The position numbers and the translations under genes were made by a program. Source: Octopus sinensis (lineage: Eukaryota). Taken from it: DNA of 64,000 nt. Positions 1 to 14,544 of this stretch are shown piece by piece. Numbering within the stretch: the first letter of the stretch is position 1; every line of letters begins with the position of its first letter. Location of the stretch: positions 2,294,001 through 2,358,000 of the forward strand of contig NC_043009.1 of the NCBI RefSeq assembly GCF_006345805.1, written 5' to 3'. The notes under the pieces are model-generated. The model made no database searches, was not told the DNA's origin, and worked only from the letters and a program-made list of their open reading frames with translations.

Positions 1-440
1 ATGGCTCATAATTTTGCAGGTTTTTCGTGGATGATTTTGTTGGCAGAACCATGACTAACTTACAGAAAACATACCACCTCAACGAAGGTCACCAGTCGGT
101 TTGCCATAACCCTCATCCGAGCTTTCTGAATCTTCACGTGAGTGGTGGAGTTTGATGGGCAACTTGCTACTACGTCATGTTTCACGCTTTCCCGTCCACT
201 TCTATATCCAATCATGTACACTTCTGCGCGAAAGACCGCTAGCAGCATATTGCAATGGAAACCTGCGATAATCTTCAGTCACTAACACATCTTCAGACCA
301 GAGAAATTTGATCACTAATATCTCGTCTTCGTTAGTGGAAATAGCCTGCTGAGCGGCCATGTTTATTGTGTAACATAAGAAAGAAACTCGACCGATGAAG
401 GTATAACTACGGTTACAAACCACAAGTGCTGAAAACACAG
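1..440 (-). mobile_element. Degraded mariner transposase 5' fragment (runs off window start)
   Basis: Minus-strand translation MAAQQAISTNEDEILVIKFLWSED...SRRSVHDWI / GRESVKHD...CPSNSTT...RMRVMANRLVTFVEV / SHGSANKIIHE matches the mariner N-terminal HTH region; frameshifted. Confidence 0.75.
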
Positions 441-1165
441 TGGTTCAATTAAAATGTTGGTGGAAGTGAAGATAATTTATATATATGTACAGAGTGGATT
501 TAATGTTATATTCGACCTCAACCAAGAAGGGAAATCATTCTTGACGGCAACCGACGAGGGAGTATGTATAAATATGTTAGAGACATTCAAATATCACTCT
601 TCAGGAACACGATCTGGAAAAACTTAAAGCATAATACTAAACATTTATTACAGAACCTCTATGTGATCGGTGAACGTCTCTCAAAATATTTCAAAGTACT
701 GTTAGAAGATCCTGAAAAAAAATCAACTGCAATATTCTACGCAAAGATATATATTTCTGCTTTCTATATCAGTAATAAAATACTGAATTCCAAATCTATT
801 GGATCAGCATATGTCTAAAAAAACAATCAAGAAATCAATAAAATTTTGGCATCAAAATGTCTGCTAAAATCCACGAAAGCCTGCACAAATACTTACTGCG
901 ATATGTGTAGAAGTAAATATGCGTGGAGGTGGCTTATGTACGAAGGAATCAATTACTAATTTAAAAAACAATGGAATGGGTTTAGTAAGTAATAGAATAA
1001 AACGAAAATAGCCAGAGCCCAATAAATCTTACGAGCAACGTGATTGAGATTCTAAATATAAGAACGTTTACCGAAGTTATATTAAAACAACAGTTTATGG
1101 CAAAGTAAACTAAAATATTAAGCGTAAAACGCATACATACATACATACATACATACATAAATACG

Positions 1166-1218
<53 letters not shown>

Positions 1219-1227
1219 TATATATAT

Positions 1228-1581
1228 GAAATCAGTTCTGTCCGTCTGTGTGTGTGTCTTCTAGGATCTCGGCATCCTCCATTCGATTGCGCTCAAATTT
1301 GATATGTAGATATAGACGGTATTAGGGCGTGTATAAATCTTCAAAAATTGCAAAAATCGATTCCAGGTGAGAATGCCATCGATAAAGTGAATAAAATGTT
1401 TTTTTTTTTTGGTGGGGGGGAATAGAAAAAAAAGTCTATCTTTATTTCTTCTTTTGCTGGTGTCTCAAATTTAGGTTAAATTAGTGTTTCTCAAAGGGAC
1501 GGTCGGACAAGTTGCTTTGATAAATTTGGTTTAAATGTTTGACAACTCAGCACCGTCCATTGGAAGGGGGGTGTTTTGCTC

Positions 1582-1582
<1 letters not shown>
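1228..1582 (+). mobile_element. Non-autonomous Helitron-like element (copy 1, internally deleted)
   Basis: High similarity to 49417-49884; GTCC/CTGT/GT microsatellite near the 5' end, subterminal hairpin CCGTCCATTGGA, ends CTCG|T. Confidence 0.6.
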
Positions 1583-1625
<43 letters not shown>

Positions 1626-1879
1626 GTGTGTGTGTTTGTGTGTGACTCTGCTATTCCTGACTATTCCTGCATATTCATTGCACTTCTGAACGATATGCTA
1701 TGACGTAAAAGTTGTTTAAAAAGAAAACGTATTTAATATTGATGATTTGAGAACATGCGCAGTGCAATACCTTCCAACTTTTGCGTAACTGGAAGCTTGC
1801 CGTGAATAAATGCTTACTATTCGTTTACTAAAATTGTAAGTAAAATAGTTTGGCTGCAGTCATATATATATATATATGT

Positions 1880-1915
<36 letters not shown>

Positions 1916-1917
<2 letters not shown>

Positions 1918-2215
1918 AGGCACAATGGCTCAGTGGTTAGGACAGCAGACTCGCGGTCGTAGGAACGCGGTTTCGATTCCCAGAACGGGCCTTGTGTCTG
2001 TTTATTGAGCAAAAACACCTAAAAGCTCCACGAGGTTCCAGCAGGTGGTGGTGGTGACCCCTGTTGTACTCTTTCGCCACAACTTTCTCTCACTCTCTTT
2101 TCCTGTTTCTTGAATAATGCTGCGATGGACTGGCGTCCCATCAAGCTGGGGGGAACACATACGCCACAGAAACCGGGAAACCGGGCCCATGAGCCTGGCT
2201 AGGTTTGAAAAGAGC
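1916..2215 (+). mobile_element. tRNA-derived SINE, family A
   Basis: A-box TGGCTCAGTGG, B-box GGTTTCGATTCC; body shared with 27153, 28066, 47211 and 59026 copies. Confidence 0.8.
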
Positions 2216-2282
2216 GACGTTTATCGTTTTATATATATTTATGATTACACACACACACACACACACGCACACACACACACAC

Positions 2283-2315
<33 letters not shown>

Positions 2316-3099
2316 AAGAGAGAATTGGATGATAAATGAGAGCAATACAATAAAGAATATATACGAATAGCTGTAAAGCACAACTAATTACTTCCCCATA
2401 GAACTCTGGGTGCTGCTACCCTTCATTAAATATTCGTGCTAAAATGGATAAGAATGCGACGTTAAGCCACAGATTAAATCTTTTAATTTTTCATGAGATC
2501 ATGAACAACAATATATGCATACAGATGTCTTATTGGGCAAAATGACATCGAAATAACTACTCCCGGAAAATGGCCTTTCTTTCAGGCCAGAAAATAGAAA
2601 ATGATTAAACCCCACCAAAGAATAAATATAAATTAACAGAAAGCTCAGCTTTCTGTTGTGGGTTCCTGCTCCTGTTTGTAGACTTGTACTGCTGAACAAC
2701 CTACAGATGTCATGGAACCACGTCCATATAAGAGCCAGGCAATTCTTTGAAACAAGTCCTCGTATTAATATATTCTTAACAAGAATTTTGAAGAGAATTT
2801 GCCTCCATTCTCCATATTTGCCAGCACCTGAATGGCTTCTGCACAGTGGGGAGCCGCCTAGTTTTGTGCCTTCTACATTCAGGCTATCTGAAACACACAT
2901 CTCTTCTTTTCTTAACAACCATATATTGTCTAACCCCTTAGTCGCTGGCACAAATCACCAAACGCGGTCTTCGTCTTCAAAGCGTGGAGTCTGGCTTATT
3001 AACCAGTCCCAATTTTCATTGCTTCCGTCGATTTTTTAGTGTTGAAGAGAGACGTTAACTTTCGATATAAACTAGTTTCGAAAGAGGTCATATGAAGGC

Positions 3100-3560
3100 C
3101 ATGGGCATATTCCCTTCATAAGAAATTATTCAGTAAAAGATATCCAATAAACATTGAAATATCAAGTAAAGAATTATATTTTAGAATCAACATAACGCCG
3201 CTGGAAACATCAACAAATGCCATCGAAATGTTAGCGATGAAATACCAAAAGTTAGCGACATTTGAATGAAACCAAAATAGAACGATTGCATTGAAACTAT
3301 TTACTAAAAGGTATACATCCCTGAGCAACATGAGATTCAAAATTAATGTCGGTAAGTGTTTCACTGGGTTCGTGTCATATATCATCATTCTTCGAAAATA
3401 TTTATCTCTATATTGATTTCAGCAACCAAAATGTTCAGCCATTTCAGTGGATTTAGTGAAGGGGTGGATTTTATAACGCTTTTCCAGTCACCGACACCAA
3501 TCTAATGTGGATGCATTCATTGGTGTCACTGTTTTTACTATTTTGTTCATGAGAATTTAT
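3100..3560 (-). mobile_element. Highly degraded Penelope-like GIY-YIG fragment
   Basis: Frameshifted ECIHIRLVS-GDWK-RYKIH...STEMAEHF and NRSILVSFKCR resemble PLE endonuclease YIGL..WKKRY.NH and LN.RSELVSKCRH. Confidence 0.4.
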
Positions 3561-4686
3561 TTAAGTACATCTTTGTTATCTATTGCATGAGCGGAAATGT
3601 TTGTATATTTATTTCTCATTTGTCTGAAAAGAATTTTGTGATGAGCTTCTTGAAAGTTCTTTTACGTTACGTTACCCTCCGACTACGGTGGTGGTCCCTA
3701 TTCCTACTTCGTTTGAGATGACCTCGTTGTAAGGCATGTGGCGCCTGGACTTAAATGTGTCAACAGCATGCAAACTGTAAATTGTCTAAAGATTAACGAT
3801 TACTTTATTGCCAGTATAATTATTAAGATGTTATGTTTTCGTTTTCTACCCCAAGCAACCCAAATCTCTCTTGAAATTAAAACTAAAATCAGAGCAACAT
3901 TAAAAAAAAAACAGTGTAAACGCTTATATATGAAATATATGTCAGGTCATTTCATGAAACGAAAAATGTACATTGAAATTGTGTGAAAACGATATGCAGG
4001 TATGCTAAAAAGTACATTTAAATATCAGTGTTTCAACAGTGCTTCTCATTTTTGAAATCCAGAGAAGAAGATTACAGTAGAACTATCATGTTAGGTTTAT
4101 TGTAACAACCGTCTAATTTTAACATCGACTGGAAGATGTTCCATGAAAGTAGAGGATATAGACTTTGAGAAATATTTGCATAATTCTCTAAACGGCTGCA
4201 TTAAGGACAAAAGTAATTGAAGAGCGAATCATCTAACCTTTATATAAAAGACCTTCATTAAATGTTACCCCTTTTGTTATTACCTGTTTATCCATCGGAA
4301 GATCATAACATCAATTAACTGAACGGATAATTATTTAGCTATATAACTGGAACAATCATACACTCTCACAAGCCATGTCTTCACATTTAACTGACTGAAA
4401 AACACTCAGGATCTCACCATACAGTTCTACAAAATACCCTTAGAGATTTGCAAGCTTTGCTGTCTCAGTTTTATTTGTAGCAGAATGGCTTAATATTTAA
4501 CAACTTGACAGGAGAAATCACACCTTTCCGCTTCAGTCTGGTCATGGGCATTCGTAATCTTACGACGGTTACCGTAATATAGCGTACTTTTATTTATATA
4601 AGTCTCCAGATACATGTTAGCTATATTCACCCACTCAGCTCTTCCTCAGGTGTTACTTTTATGAACTTCCTCTTTCTTACTTGGAA

Positions 4687-4774
<88 letters not shown>

Positions 4775-4779
<5 letters not shown>

Positions 4780-4930
4780 CTGAAGAAGCCACTAGGGTGG
4801 ACGCAAGCACTATTATACGATTTATAAAAACGTGACATATTAATAAAAGTCTGTAAATATAAAACCATCCAAATTTCTGAGTACCTTATTTCTTCTAATA
4901 TATAATACATGTACATCATCTCCAAACCTT
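4775..4930 (+). mobile_element. Short (TA)n-flanked PLE-LTR-like element with degenerate hammerhead
   Basis: CTGAAGA-A-GCCAC-TAGG-GTGG(A)C-GCAA at 4780-4806 (GAAA decayed); GAGTACCTTA motif shared with the 52462-52800 element. Confidence 0.35.
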
Positions 4931-5083
4931 CTATATATATATATATATATACGCACTTATATTACTCTATTATATGCATTGAGTACTCTACTATTGTTTG
5001 TAGAAACACATTAACTATGTGTGCGTGTGCATGAAAAAGTATATACACATCTGCATTTATAGCCATATTCATATGTATGTACA

Positions 5084-5140
<57 letters not shown>

Positions 5141-5629
5141 TCTCACACGCTTGTATATGGAGTGCAGCTCCAGCGTATCACTGTACGTCTAAAACGAGAC
5201 TACCACAGCATCATACTTAAAATACCTGGAGAGAAAATAACGCAGATCTAAAAGTAAGTTTGGATTCCAACAGAGTGCAAACAAACAACAACAACAACAA
5301 TAATATTACTATTGAAACAACTAATGTGAAAATGAAACTACAAACATGGAGACGTAAACCAGGAACGCAGACTTATTGCAAACAGAAGAAATAAAATGAG
5401 TAAAGAAAATAAAATATTAAAATCAATTCCGAACATGTGTAAAGAATATCGACCAAAAAATCTGAACCAGAATTATTCTAAGAAAAATACGAACACAATT
5501 GAATATGAAAAAAAAAAAGCTGTAAGCGAAGAAACTTGTAAAGTTGGAAATTTTAAATATGACAATAATATAAATGTAGAAATAGTTAAAGAATTTAAAT
5601 CGCAAACAAATATGAATAAGAAAAATATA

Positions 5630-6120
5630 TAGAAGAATGGAAATTCCTCCTAACTATAAAATCTATTGATAAAATATTAACAACGATAAGAAACGTAGGC
5701 TGGGCTGTTATAAACATGCTGAAAATAGAATCAGACATCAATGCCACCGGGGCAAATAAAATAATTCTCACAAATGAATGTTGTTTCCTTCTCAAAATTT
5801 CTCACATAACGATCTCTACATCCAAAAATATAAATGCGGAAAACTACAATGCGTATGAAGGTGATGAATAGAATGGATTATGTCTCATTATTTGATGGAA
5901 TGGAATCGAGGAGGAAGGAGGAGAAGTATTTAATATCAAGGAGTGCTTAAGACATCCTTTATAAATTGGAAAGAAGCTATCTTTAAGGTTACATAAGAGA
6001 TTAGTAATTGTTATTCCATCTAATTCCATCATCTGTTTGCTATATAAAGAAATGGAAATACGATAATTAGACTGAATAGGAACTTAAAAAACAGTTTTGG
6101 TTCAACGCTGTGAGACATCA
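5630..6120 (+). mobile_element. Possible decayed LINE APE-endonuclease remnant
   Basis: EIPPNYKIY...GWAVINMLKIESDINATG...NWKE...FGSTL*D patterns, heavily disrupted. Confidence 0.3.
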
Positions 6121-6414
6121 AAACATATAAACGGAAGATAAAATAGCGAGAAAAAAAAATCAAGTGTAAATGATTTAGACGCACATAAATCTTTATGCGA
6201 AAAATAGCGTAAGAGATATCATCGGGAAATTAAATGATTTTAAAAAGAAAAAATGCAAACAAAATGAAGGGGATTTATTAGCAAATAAAGGAAAATAACT
6301 TCATTTACACTATGCCGATCACCAAAAGAGATATTTGTATGTAGCATGAATAGAAGGAATTATGAACTATTTGCAAATTTAGAAAATTGCTAGAATGTAT
6401 CTAGTTTATTATTA

Positions 6415-6625
6415 TTGGGTTGTCTGGAAATTTCGTGTCGATTTATAGTAGCTTACCTTTCGACTTAATTGAGGCACCTCAATTCTGTGAAGAGGTATTT
6501 TCAAGTTAAAGGAAACATTGTGCAACAAAATGGTTCATATTTTGTTGATTAAGAATGTAATGGCAAGTATTTATTGACCTCTTTCTTTCTTGTAAAAATC
6601 GGCACTAACTTTCCGGACAGCCCAA
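6415..6625 (+). mobile_element. Mariner-derived MITE (211 bp)
   Basis: TIRs TTGGGTTGTCTGGAAA... / ...TTTCCGGACAGCCCAA with TA on both flanks; colinear with 60308-60857. Confidence 0.85.
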
Positions 6626-6969
6626 TACAATATTCAAGCAAAAGAAGGGACATGTTTCCATAATACATATAAATTATGGGATAAAATGAAAAGAAATATA
6701 ATGTTCGTGTGATATTTATCAACAAACAAAATAATAGATAAGTTAATATCTTCCGGTAGTAGTCGGGAAACACTAATAGAGGGAAAAATTCTAAACAAGT
6801 CTGTCACATATTCTGCGAAAATTTGGTATTAAAAATTCATTTGTACGAAACAACAAAAATGTGTAATGTAATATTCTGCATTGTCTTAGAAACTCATGCG
6901 GCAAAGCTGAGTCAGAATTTCAAAATGTGGAATAAATTATTTCTTCGTGAGAAAAGAAAGAAAGAAGTT

Positions 6970-7195
6970 TTATGTTTCGGGCAGATCCCTCCGACAAAGG
7001 TGTGTTCTCAAAACAGATTTTTATTTTTCCTCGCGGGAAAATAATTTATTCCAAATTGTTAAGCTTTTTCATGCTAGATATTGAAAGAGATGTTTGCAAG
7101 TTTCTTCTTCCACCTACGTCAATTCAACAGAAGTGTTTGCGGTTGCAGCACAAGAAGAAAGCTTTCTCTCTAGAAAATAGTAAAAAATTGTAATA
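6970..7195 (+). mobile_element. hAT transposase C-terminal dimerisation-domain remnant
   Basis: KFLLPPTSI-(fs)-STEVFAVAA...FSLENSKKL resembles YL..PPTSV.SER.FS.AG...L..EN..KL. Confidence 0.4.
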
Positions 7196-7539
7196 GAAGA
7201 ATATAATAAAACTCAACGGCAGATTAATTACATCTTTCAAAGGAACAATAAATTATTCAGTCTGTGACTATCAAGCTTTGGAATGTAATTAGCCAAACCA
7301 GAATTAGAGGAGTCTGATTTCTTGCTAACAACTCAAGCATTATGATTACGATAAAAATAATCAAATTTTACAAACACTTATAAACACAAATGTCCAAATG
7401 AGAGCAGTAACAATAATTTGACCACAATGGAAAGAGGGATAAGGTGTAAAAAAAGAGGTTAATACCCAACACCAGGGTAAGGTTCAGACTCGTCAATCCT
7501 AAAAAATGTTCTGTTTGTTTTTCTTAGGCAGACAAACCA

Positions 7540-7710
7540 TCCATAGTCAGCTTGCAACGCTTGTGGCAGCTTCCACATATTACTCATGTTTGCTAGCTTG
7601 GCGGACTAGCGTACAGAGATGAACTCTTTTGGTCGCATCGACCGTCCAGGAATCGAAACCGCAATCTTATGATCATGAGTCAAACACTCTAACCACGAAG
7701 ACGGTGTCTC
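7540..7710 (-). mobile_element. tRNA-derived SINE remnant (family D)
   Basis: Minus strand GTGGTTAGAGTGTTTGACTCATGATCATAAGATTGCGGTTTCGATTCCTGG is a tRNA-like head with a B-box. Confidence 0.55.
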
Positions 7711-9161
7711 ACATGAAAATCAAGACTGTCATAGCATCTAATTAAAATTTCAATTACAAATGTCTATATTACATCGCAGGAAGGAATGCAAAAATTATGT
7801 AAATACAAAACTAGAAAATAGAGAAATATATAACGTGAAGATTAAACCATTATCTCACCATCCAAATTAATCGGTGGTTTGGGAGAGATAAAAATTTGAC
7901 CAACTCTTGTGATAAGCCATGAGTTTCTCTTGCTGATAACGCTGCATTCGTCGCCACGTCAATTTAATATGTTGAAACCATCATCGATCGCTTTTAGCTT
8001 GCGAGAAACATTTTCAGATCTAGCCGTCAGCACACATACACAAAACCTACTAAGTAGTGTACCTACTGATACCCAATTCTGAAGATATCAGGAGTGTCAA
8101 ACAGAAACAGGCTGCTTATAAATTATCACCTATATCTATCGAAATGTATGATCGAAACCTGAAGCATATGAGATCTTTCAGGACATAGAAAACACTATGA
8201 ACTCCCGAGCTTTCCAGATGCCACGGTTCACAATCGAATTACTAGAGCATAAGAATACTTTGCAAATATACGTCGTCGTTTTTATGGTGGCAGCGGGATT
8301 TCTTCACAACCAAAACCAGTGTCAGTCGGGTGGTTGTGCAGACCTTTTATCTTGTACAAACCAGAATGTTAGACCGAACATTGAACCGAGTCTAATCAAC
8401 TCGTAATCTTTCAGAAACATTGCCTTCGTTCGACTTGTAGATAACCCTTGTATAAAGAACAAAACCTTCAGTATCGATCTCATTCATTAATTGATACATT
8501 GGGGCTACTGAAGCATTTCTTGTTCAATTACAACGTATATGAGCTGGTCATGAGAACAGAATCGGTGAAGACAGCACAAAGTTTATCTCGCTTCATGGCT
8601 TAGAACAAAACGGAGACAATTCATAGCTATGTTCTAAGGAACAAACTGAACGTCGACAATATAGAATTTTCGTTACCGTTTACGTATCTACACAAAATGT
8701 TTAGAACGGGAGACTAGCTATCGACAAAGCATAAAAAAGCATCGTAACAATTTGTGTAAATGATTTGAGATATTGAGGAAGAAACACAATATCTAAAAGC
8801 GACACATCGAATTTTAGCCTAGTAATCAAAGTTCTTGCTGGTTTGGATTCCTACAAGAGACATAAACATACAAACTGAAATATTGCTTCCAAACACGTCG
8901 AGGCCAAAGGAAAATTCCTTTAAACACATGATGTATAAATGCACAGAAATCGATGCGCAATAGTTGCTTAGGATTTGTTCTCTCCGGTCTTCAATCCAGT
9001 AATAAACACTGGTAAAGGTTTGCAAATATACAAAAAAAAAGTTTGTTGGAGAATTTTAAGAAGTGTTGTAAGGAAACAAAGGGAGAAAGAATGAGTGAGA
9101 GTGAGAGAGAGTAAGAAAGAAAGAGTGTGTGTTTGTGTATGTGTGTGTGTATGAGTGTGTA

Positions 9162-9202
<41 letters not shown>

Positions 9203-10039
9203 GGCGAATAAATTGTTCTGTGAATTTGAAAGTCAAAAGATTAACACTTTAAAATATCTAACTAGAGAACACGGACGCCACATTTTTGAATAATGAAAAA
9301 ACAATCAATTTGTGAGAAAAAATATCTCATGTTCCTTCCTTATGAGATATTATATTCTGCGAAAATCATATAAGCTGAATATATATATTTCACTTTCTCT
9401 CGCTGCGCACAAAAGAAAATGGAACTTCTCAATATAAAAAGGCTATTATAAAATATATGAAATCATTACAAAATATACAAAATACTTATAATGTATTTTG
9501 ATGTTGTATATTCTCTTATGATACTATTTAAAAATATTATTATTGTTCGCAGTAAGAAAACATTATAAGAAAACAATGTTGAGAAAAATTGACTATTTCT
9601 AACGTTTAGAAATTTATTCTTCAGCAAAATAATTTTTCATAGAAATTACGAAATTTAACTTATTAAAAATAAAATTGCAGTAAATAAGGAACCGTATATC
9701 GTCTAATGACGTTAAAATGTGTCGTGGTTACATAGGGAAGTAATCTCTCGGGTCATTTTACGTAACTACTGTACAGCGAATTGTTTAAAAGATATAAGTA
9801 TTTTAAAATTTTGTTTACAAAACTAGAAATCATTTCAGACGGTCTATTACGAATTTGCATTTTCAAAGCTTTTAATAAATCTAGTAATGCATATCGAGCA
9901 AGGTTCATCTAACGATGTATACCGTTCGGTCAGGAAAATCGATTTCCAGTTTATATTTATATTTTTGGAAATTAACTGCTCACGAAAATTTTAATGGAAT
10001 TTAATTCATATTGAAGTATATGTTTGTCTTTTATCTTTT

Positions 10040-10250
10040 ATTTTTTACTCGTTACTAGATTGCTTGCGGCCTTGAATTTCAATTTTTTTAGTCGAATGAA
10101 TCGATCCCAGTACTTCTTTATTTTTTTTAAGGAGTGGTATTTATTCTATCAGCTTCTTTTGTCGAAACGCTAATTTACGACGACACGAACACACCCAAAC
10201 CGGCTGACAAGGGTTGGTGATGGGAGAAACACAGCCACAAAGACACACAC

Positions 10251-10304
<54 letters not shown>

Positions 10305-10427
10305 GATGGGCTTCTGTTTAGTTTCTGCCTACCAAATCCACTCAAAATTGTCCAAGGTGACACGCGATGGGACTGAAACCGGAACTATGTGGTTGCGAAG
10401 CCAGGTTCTTACTACACAGCCATGCCC
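10040..10427 (-). mobile_element. CORE-type SINE (family C)
   Basis: Homologous to 59681-60055; internal (TA)n. Confidence 0.8.
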
Positions 10428-10934
10428 ATGCCATTTTCTTAAGAATACATTGAATGTGATATAAGTCCGTTCTAGATCATTTCGAAAGAGAGATACAACA
10501 CCGACTTTCCAAATATTGACGGTCCGAAACATCTAAGAATCCACATATATTCACACTCATATAAAGACACCTCCAACTCATTTAAATATTTAAGCAAATT
10601 TATTATTTCTTTAAATTAGGTTCTGCTGACAAACGTAAACATCTGCTGTTCAGGGAAAAAAATCGTTAAAACTGAAAGGCTTTTGAAACAAAAGGTTCCG
10701 AAAAATCGATATTCTAATATTATTGGTGAAGTGGTAAGTGCAATTAAGTTGTACTATACCATCCGAGCACGAGGAATGGCAATAGAGCACATTAGTGCAT
10801 TGAAATTTTTGCATATCATTTGAGCGCGGGAAATGGCAAAATTATAGTGTAACACTGAGGTACATAATAATTTAAAGTAGGAAATTGTTTTTTTTTAATT
10901 ATGTATTCCCTTGAGATGAACAATTTTTATATTA

Positions 10935-11140
10935 TTTCTTTTCTACTGTAGGCACAAGGCCCAAAAGTTTTGAGAGGGACAGTCGGTTAGATCAACCCAA
11001 GTACGCAACTGGTTCTTAATTTATCGACCCCAAATGGATGAAAGGCAAAGACGACCTTGCTAGAATTTGAACGCAAAGACCGAAGAAATGCCGCCAAGCA
11101 TTTCGCCCGGCGTGCTAACGTTTCTGCCAGCTCGCCGCCT
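10935..11140 (-). mobile_element. tRNA-derived SINE, family B
   Basis: GGCGGCGAGCTGGCAGAAACGTTAGCACGCCGGGCGAAATGC head and CTTTCATCC..GGGGTCGATAAATTAAG core (Meta-domain-like). Confidence 0.85.
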
Positions 11141-12584
11141 TAAAATTTTGATATTAGGTTAGTCTAATAGATTAGTCGGAGTGATGTTGTCATCTCGGTT
11201 GTTGCTTCCACGAAGTTTTGGCGTTGTACACTCCATCCTTCTTCAGGGTTCTTCTGATTCTCCTTAGTTTCTCACCTTGGATTGAATGTAGAACATTTAT
11301 GTGACCTCACTGCATTAACAAGGCGCCTTTAAAAATACACTCTCACACAGCCTACGGGCAGAGCATAGTGAATAATGACGGTCACTGGTTAGTTCAGTGC
11401 GGTCAACTACGGTTTTTCATTTCAATCCCAAGCAAGGCACAAAGGTGATTCAGAACACACATGAACAAGGTTGGAGCGTCCACAGCAGAACATTGGTGAA
11501 AGCAACAACCAAGATTACGACTAATGCACAATATAATATTTATGGCTGAGGAAAATGATTAACATTTTTGGTATGGGTATCGAAATTTGCCCGCCTCAGT
11601 AGGGAGTTTAAGTAACTTACCTTCATGAGGTTATCTTTTCTGTTACAAAAAGGAAACAAAACAATATCGACGAAGAAATTTGCTCTGTTTATTGCGAACG
11701 AAAGGAGGTCAAGTACTCTGTGTATTCAATATTATTGCTGATTAGCAACTCAATTTTATACTTTTCCAAATTTGTACCTTTAGAGAAGAATGAAATCTAC
11801 GCAAACACAGAGGAATACTTAGTACGGCATGCGGCCTCATTGAATCCAAGAGAGATGAACAAACTAGAAAAACGTTTCATTTTCAGATGATAAATTCATC
11901 TCACGGGTTTTATAGGCAAATATATTCACAAAAGACAACCTGACTTCAACTTGTGCACGAATACACGCACACACAAAAACAAACGCATGCACATACATAT
12001 ACACCTACGTACGTACTTATGCATGTATGTATGTATGTTTATTTATATATGTGTGTGTTTGTGTGTGATTACGGGACTGTAAAGTTTATAATTGAACCTA
12101 GTTATATATATTCCCTCCTTAACTTGTAAGTATATTATCAGTATTGTAATAGAAGCATTACATATACATATATACATGTGTGTGCGCGCGTGTGCGTGCG
12201 TGTTTGTGTGTGTTTGTGTGCGTGCATGTGTATGTATGTGTGTACGTATGTACGTATGTGTGAGTGAGTGTTTGCGTGTGTCTGTGAATGCATGTATATA
12301 CCTATATGTGCATACAAATGCCTATATATATATCTATCTATCTATCTATATATATATATATATACACATTCATACATATGTATATATATATACATACATA
12401 TATATATATATAAATATGAATAAATATATGTATATGTGTATATATATATCTATATATATATATATATATATATATAAATGTATATATATATGCATACATA
12501 TGTATATATATATATATACGTATATATATATATACATACATACATATATATATAAATATGAATAAATATATGTATATGTGTATT

Positions 12585-12618
<34 letters not shown>

Positions 12619-13139
12619 AATTTATTTATATATATATAAGTATATATATACATGTACACATTCATATGTTTATCCATGTATATATATATATACACACACA
12701 ACGAAACAATTACAAAGATATTTCTGCTCACATAGTCACGTAATGTGCTGCAGACTCCGTTGTATACACAATATACATCCGTATGCAACTCTAAAGCCAT
12801 ACATACTCATACACTCAGCAAACCTTTTACCCAAATGCACACATTTTAAAGTCAATAGGAGCCAAAACACACTCATATTTTCATGTCTTTCACACACATA
12901 CTGGCAAGATATATGAGAGCATATGCAGTCTTCTGTATAAATTATTCATTGTATTCAGTTTACAAGAAGCTATCAGTTGCGGAACTACTCACGGGATCTC
13001 ATTACGTGTCCCTGGGGAAATTAAAGGATAACTTATAAATTGCAATGATTAGAAATTCTTCACAATGTGAGCCAAGCACACGAAGTAAGGTTGGAGACAT
13101 GCAAGCAAAATAGAGACAGAGTAACATACACACACACAC

Positions 13140-13256
<117 letters not shown>

Positions 13257-13521
13257 TATATATTATATATTTATATATATATAGATATATAGATATTATA
13301 TATATATTATATATATATTTATATATTTATATAGATAATATATATATATATGTGTGTGGTGTGCGTATATATATATATGTATGTACATATATACATATGT
13401 ATATGTATATATATACCTACATGTACATACATCTACATAAAGTTATAATTTCACTCTCTCTCTTTCTCTCCCTCTCTCTCTCTATATATATATATATAAT
13501 GTATGTATATATGTATGTATA

Positions 13522-13556
<35 letters not shown>

Positions 13557-14544
13557 TTACACATTAGAATAGATGGATGTTTAAAGAATTAGTGTGAGAT
13601 GGGGATATATATATATTATGTATATATCTATATTCATATATATGTGTATATTTATATACATGCATATGTACCTATATGTATACACACTTTTGCGTATGCA
13701 TACACATACGAGCACTCACGTACAAGGACACACGGAAGCCCCCCCCCCCACATACACACACGCATACGTCCTCATACATATGACGTATTTAACCCATAAC
13801 GAAGACATGCGTCGAAATAAAATCAAGTATATACCTAATGAAATAATCACATATATATTCATATATTCTACATTAAAAATAGAATTCTATTTTTACTGAG
13901 AATAGAAGTGGCTCGAGAATTTAGAGAAATTTTGTGTTCCTTTCTTTTTTTCTTGATATTTCTTCTGTTTTCGGATACCTTCATTATCCATGACAGAGTT
14001 TATAGAAACTGTAGATTTTCTTAGGACTTTTATTGTTATTCAGCGAGTGTCTCGCGCTTAAATGTTATAAATGCTCCACTTTCAGAAACTCTTTACTTTC
14101 TCATGATTTAGATCATACATACATACATACATACATACATACGTACATACATACATCCATACATACAAATCTGCACATATACATACATACAAAAATACTC
14201 TGTTGTTGATGTTGAAATTCCAATGAAGGAGCCTTGAATCTAAGTTAGAAGCAGATTCTTTCTCTCTTGGCAAGAAAACTTGAAATAAAACGGAATAATG
14301 ATATGTATGCATGCATACATACATACATACATGCATACATACATACATACATACAAATCTGCACATATACATACATACATACATACATGCATACATACAT
14401 ATATTAAAACATGTCTTGATATGCAACATTATGCATGTATATTATATATATATATATATATAAATATATTATATATATATATATATATATACATAAAACA
14501 AAACATACGAATCTTCATATGTACATAGATAAATACATCTATAA

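Noticed and set aside
564-950. Possible piggyBac transposase remnant (VIGERLSKYFK, QHMSKKTIKKSIKFW)
   Set aside because: The motif spacing is wrong by about 40 aa and similarity is too weak to support by eye.
2499-3039. Overlapping 150-aa and 127-aa ORFs
   Set aside because: No recognisable domain in any frame; probably decayed TE sequence.
8200-8440. KGLHNHP motif suggesting a FLYWCH/MULE transposase
   Set aside because: A single short motif with no supporting flanking similarity.
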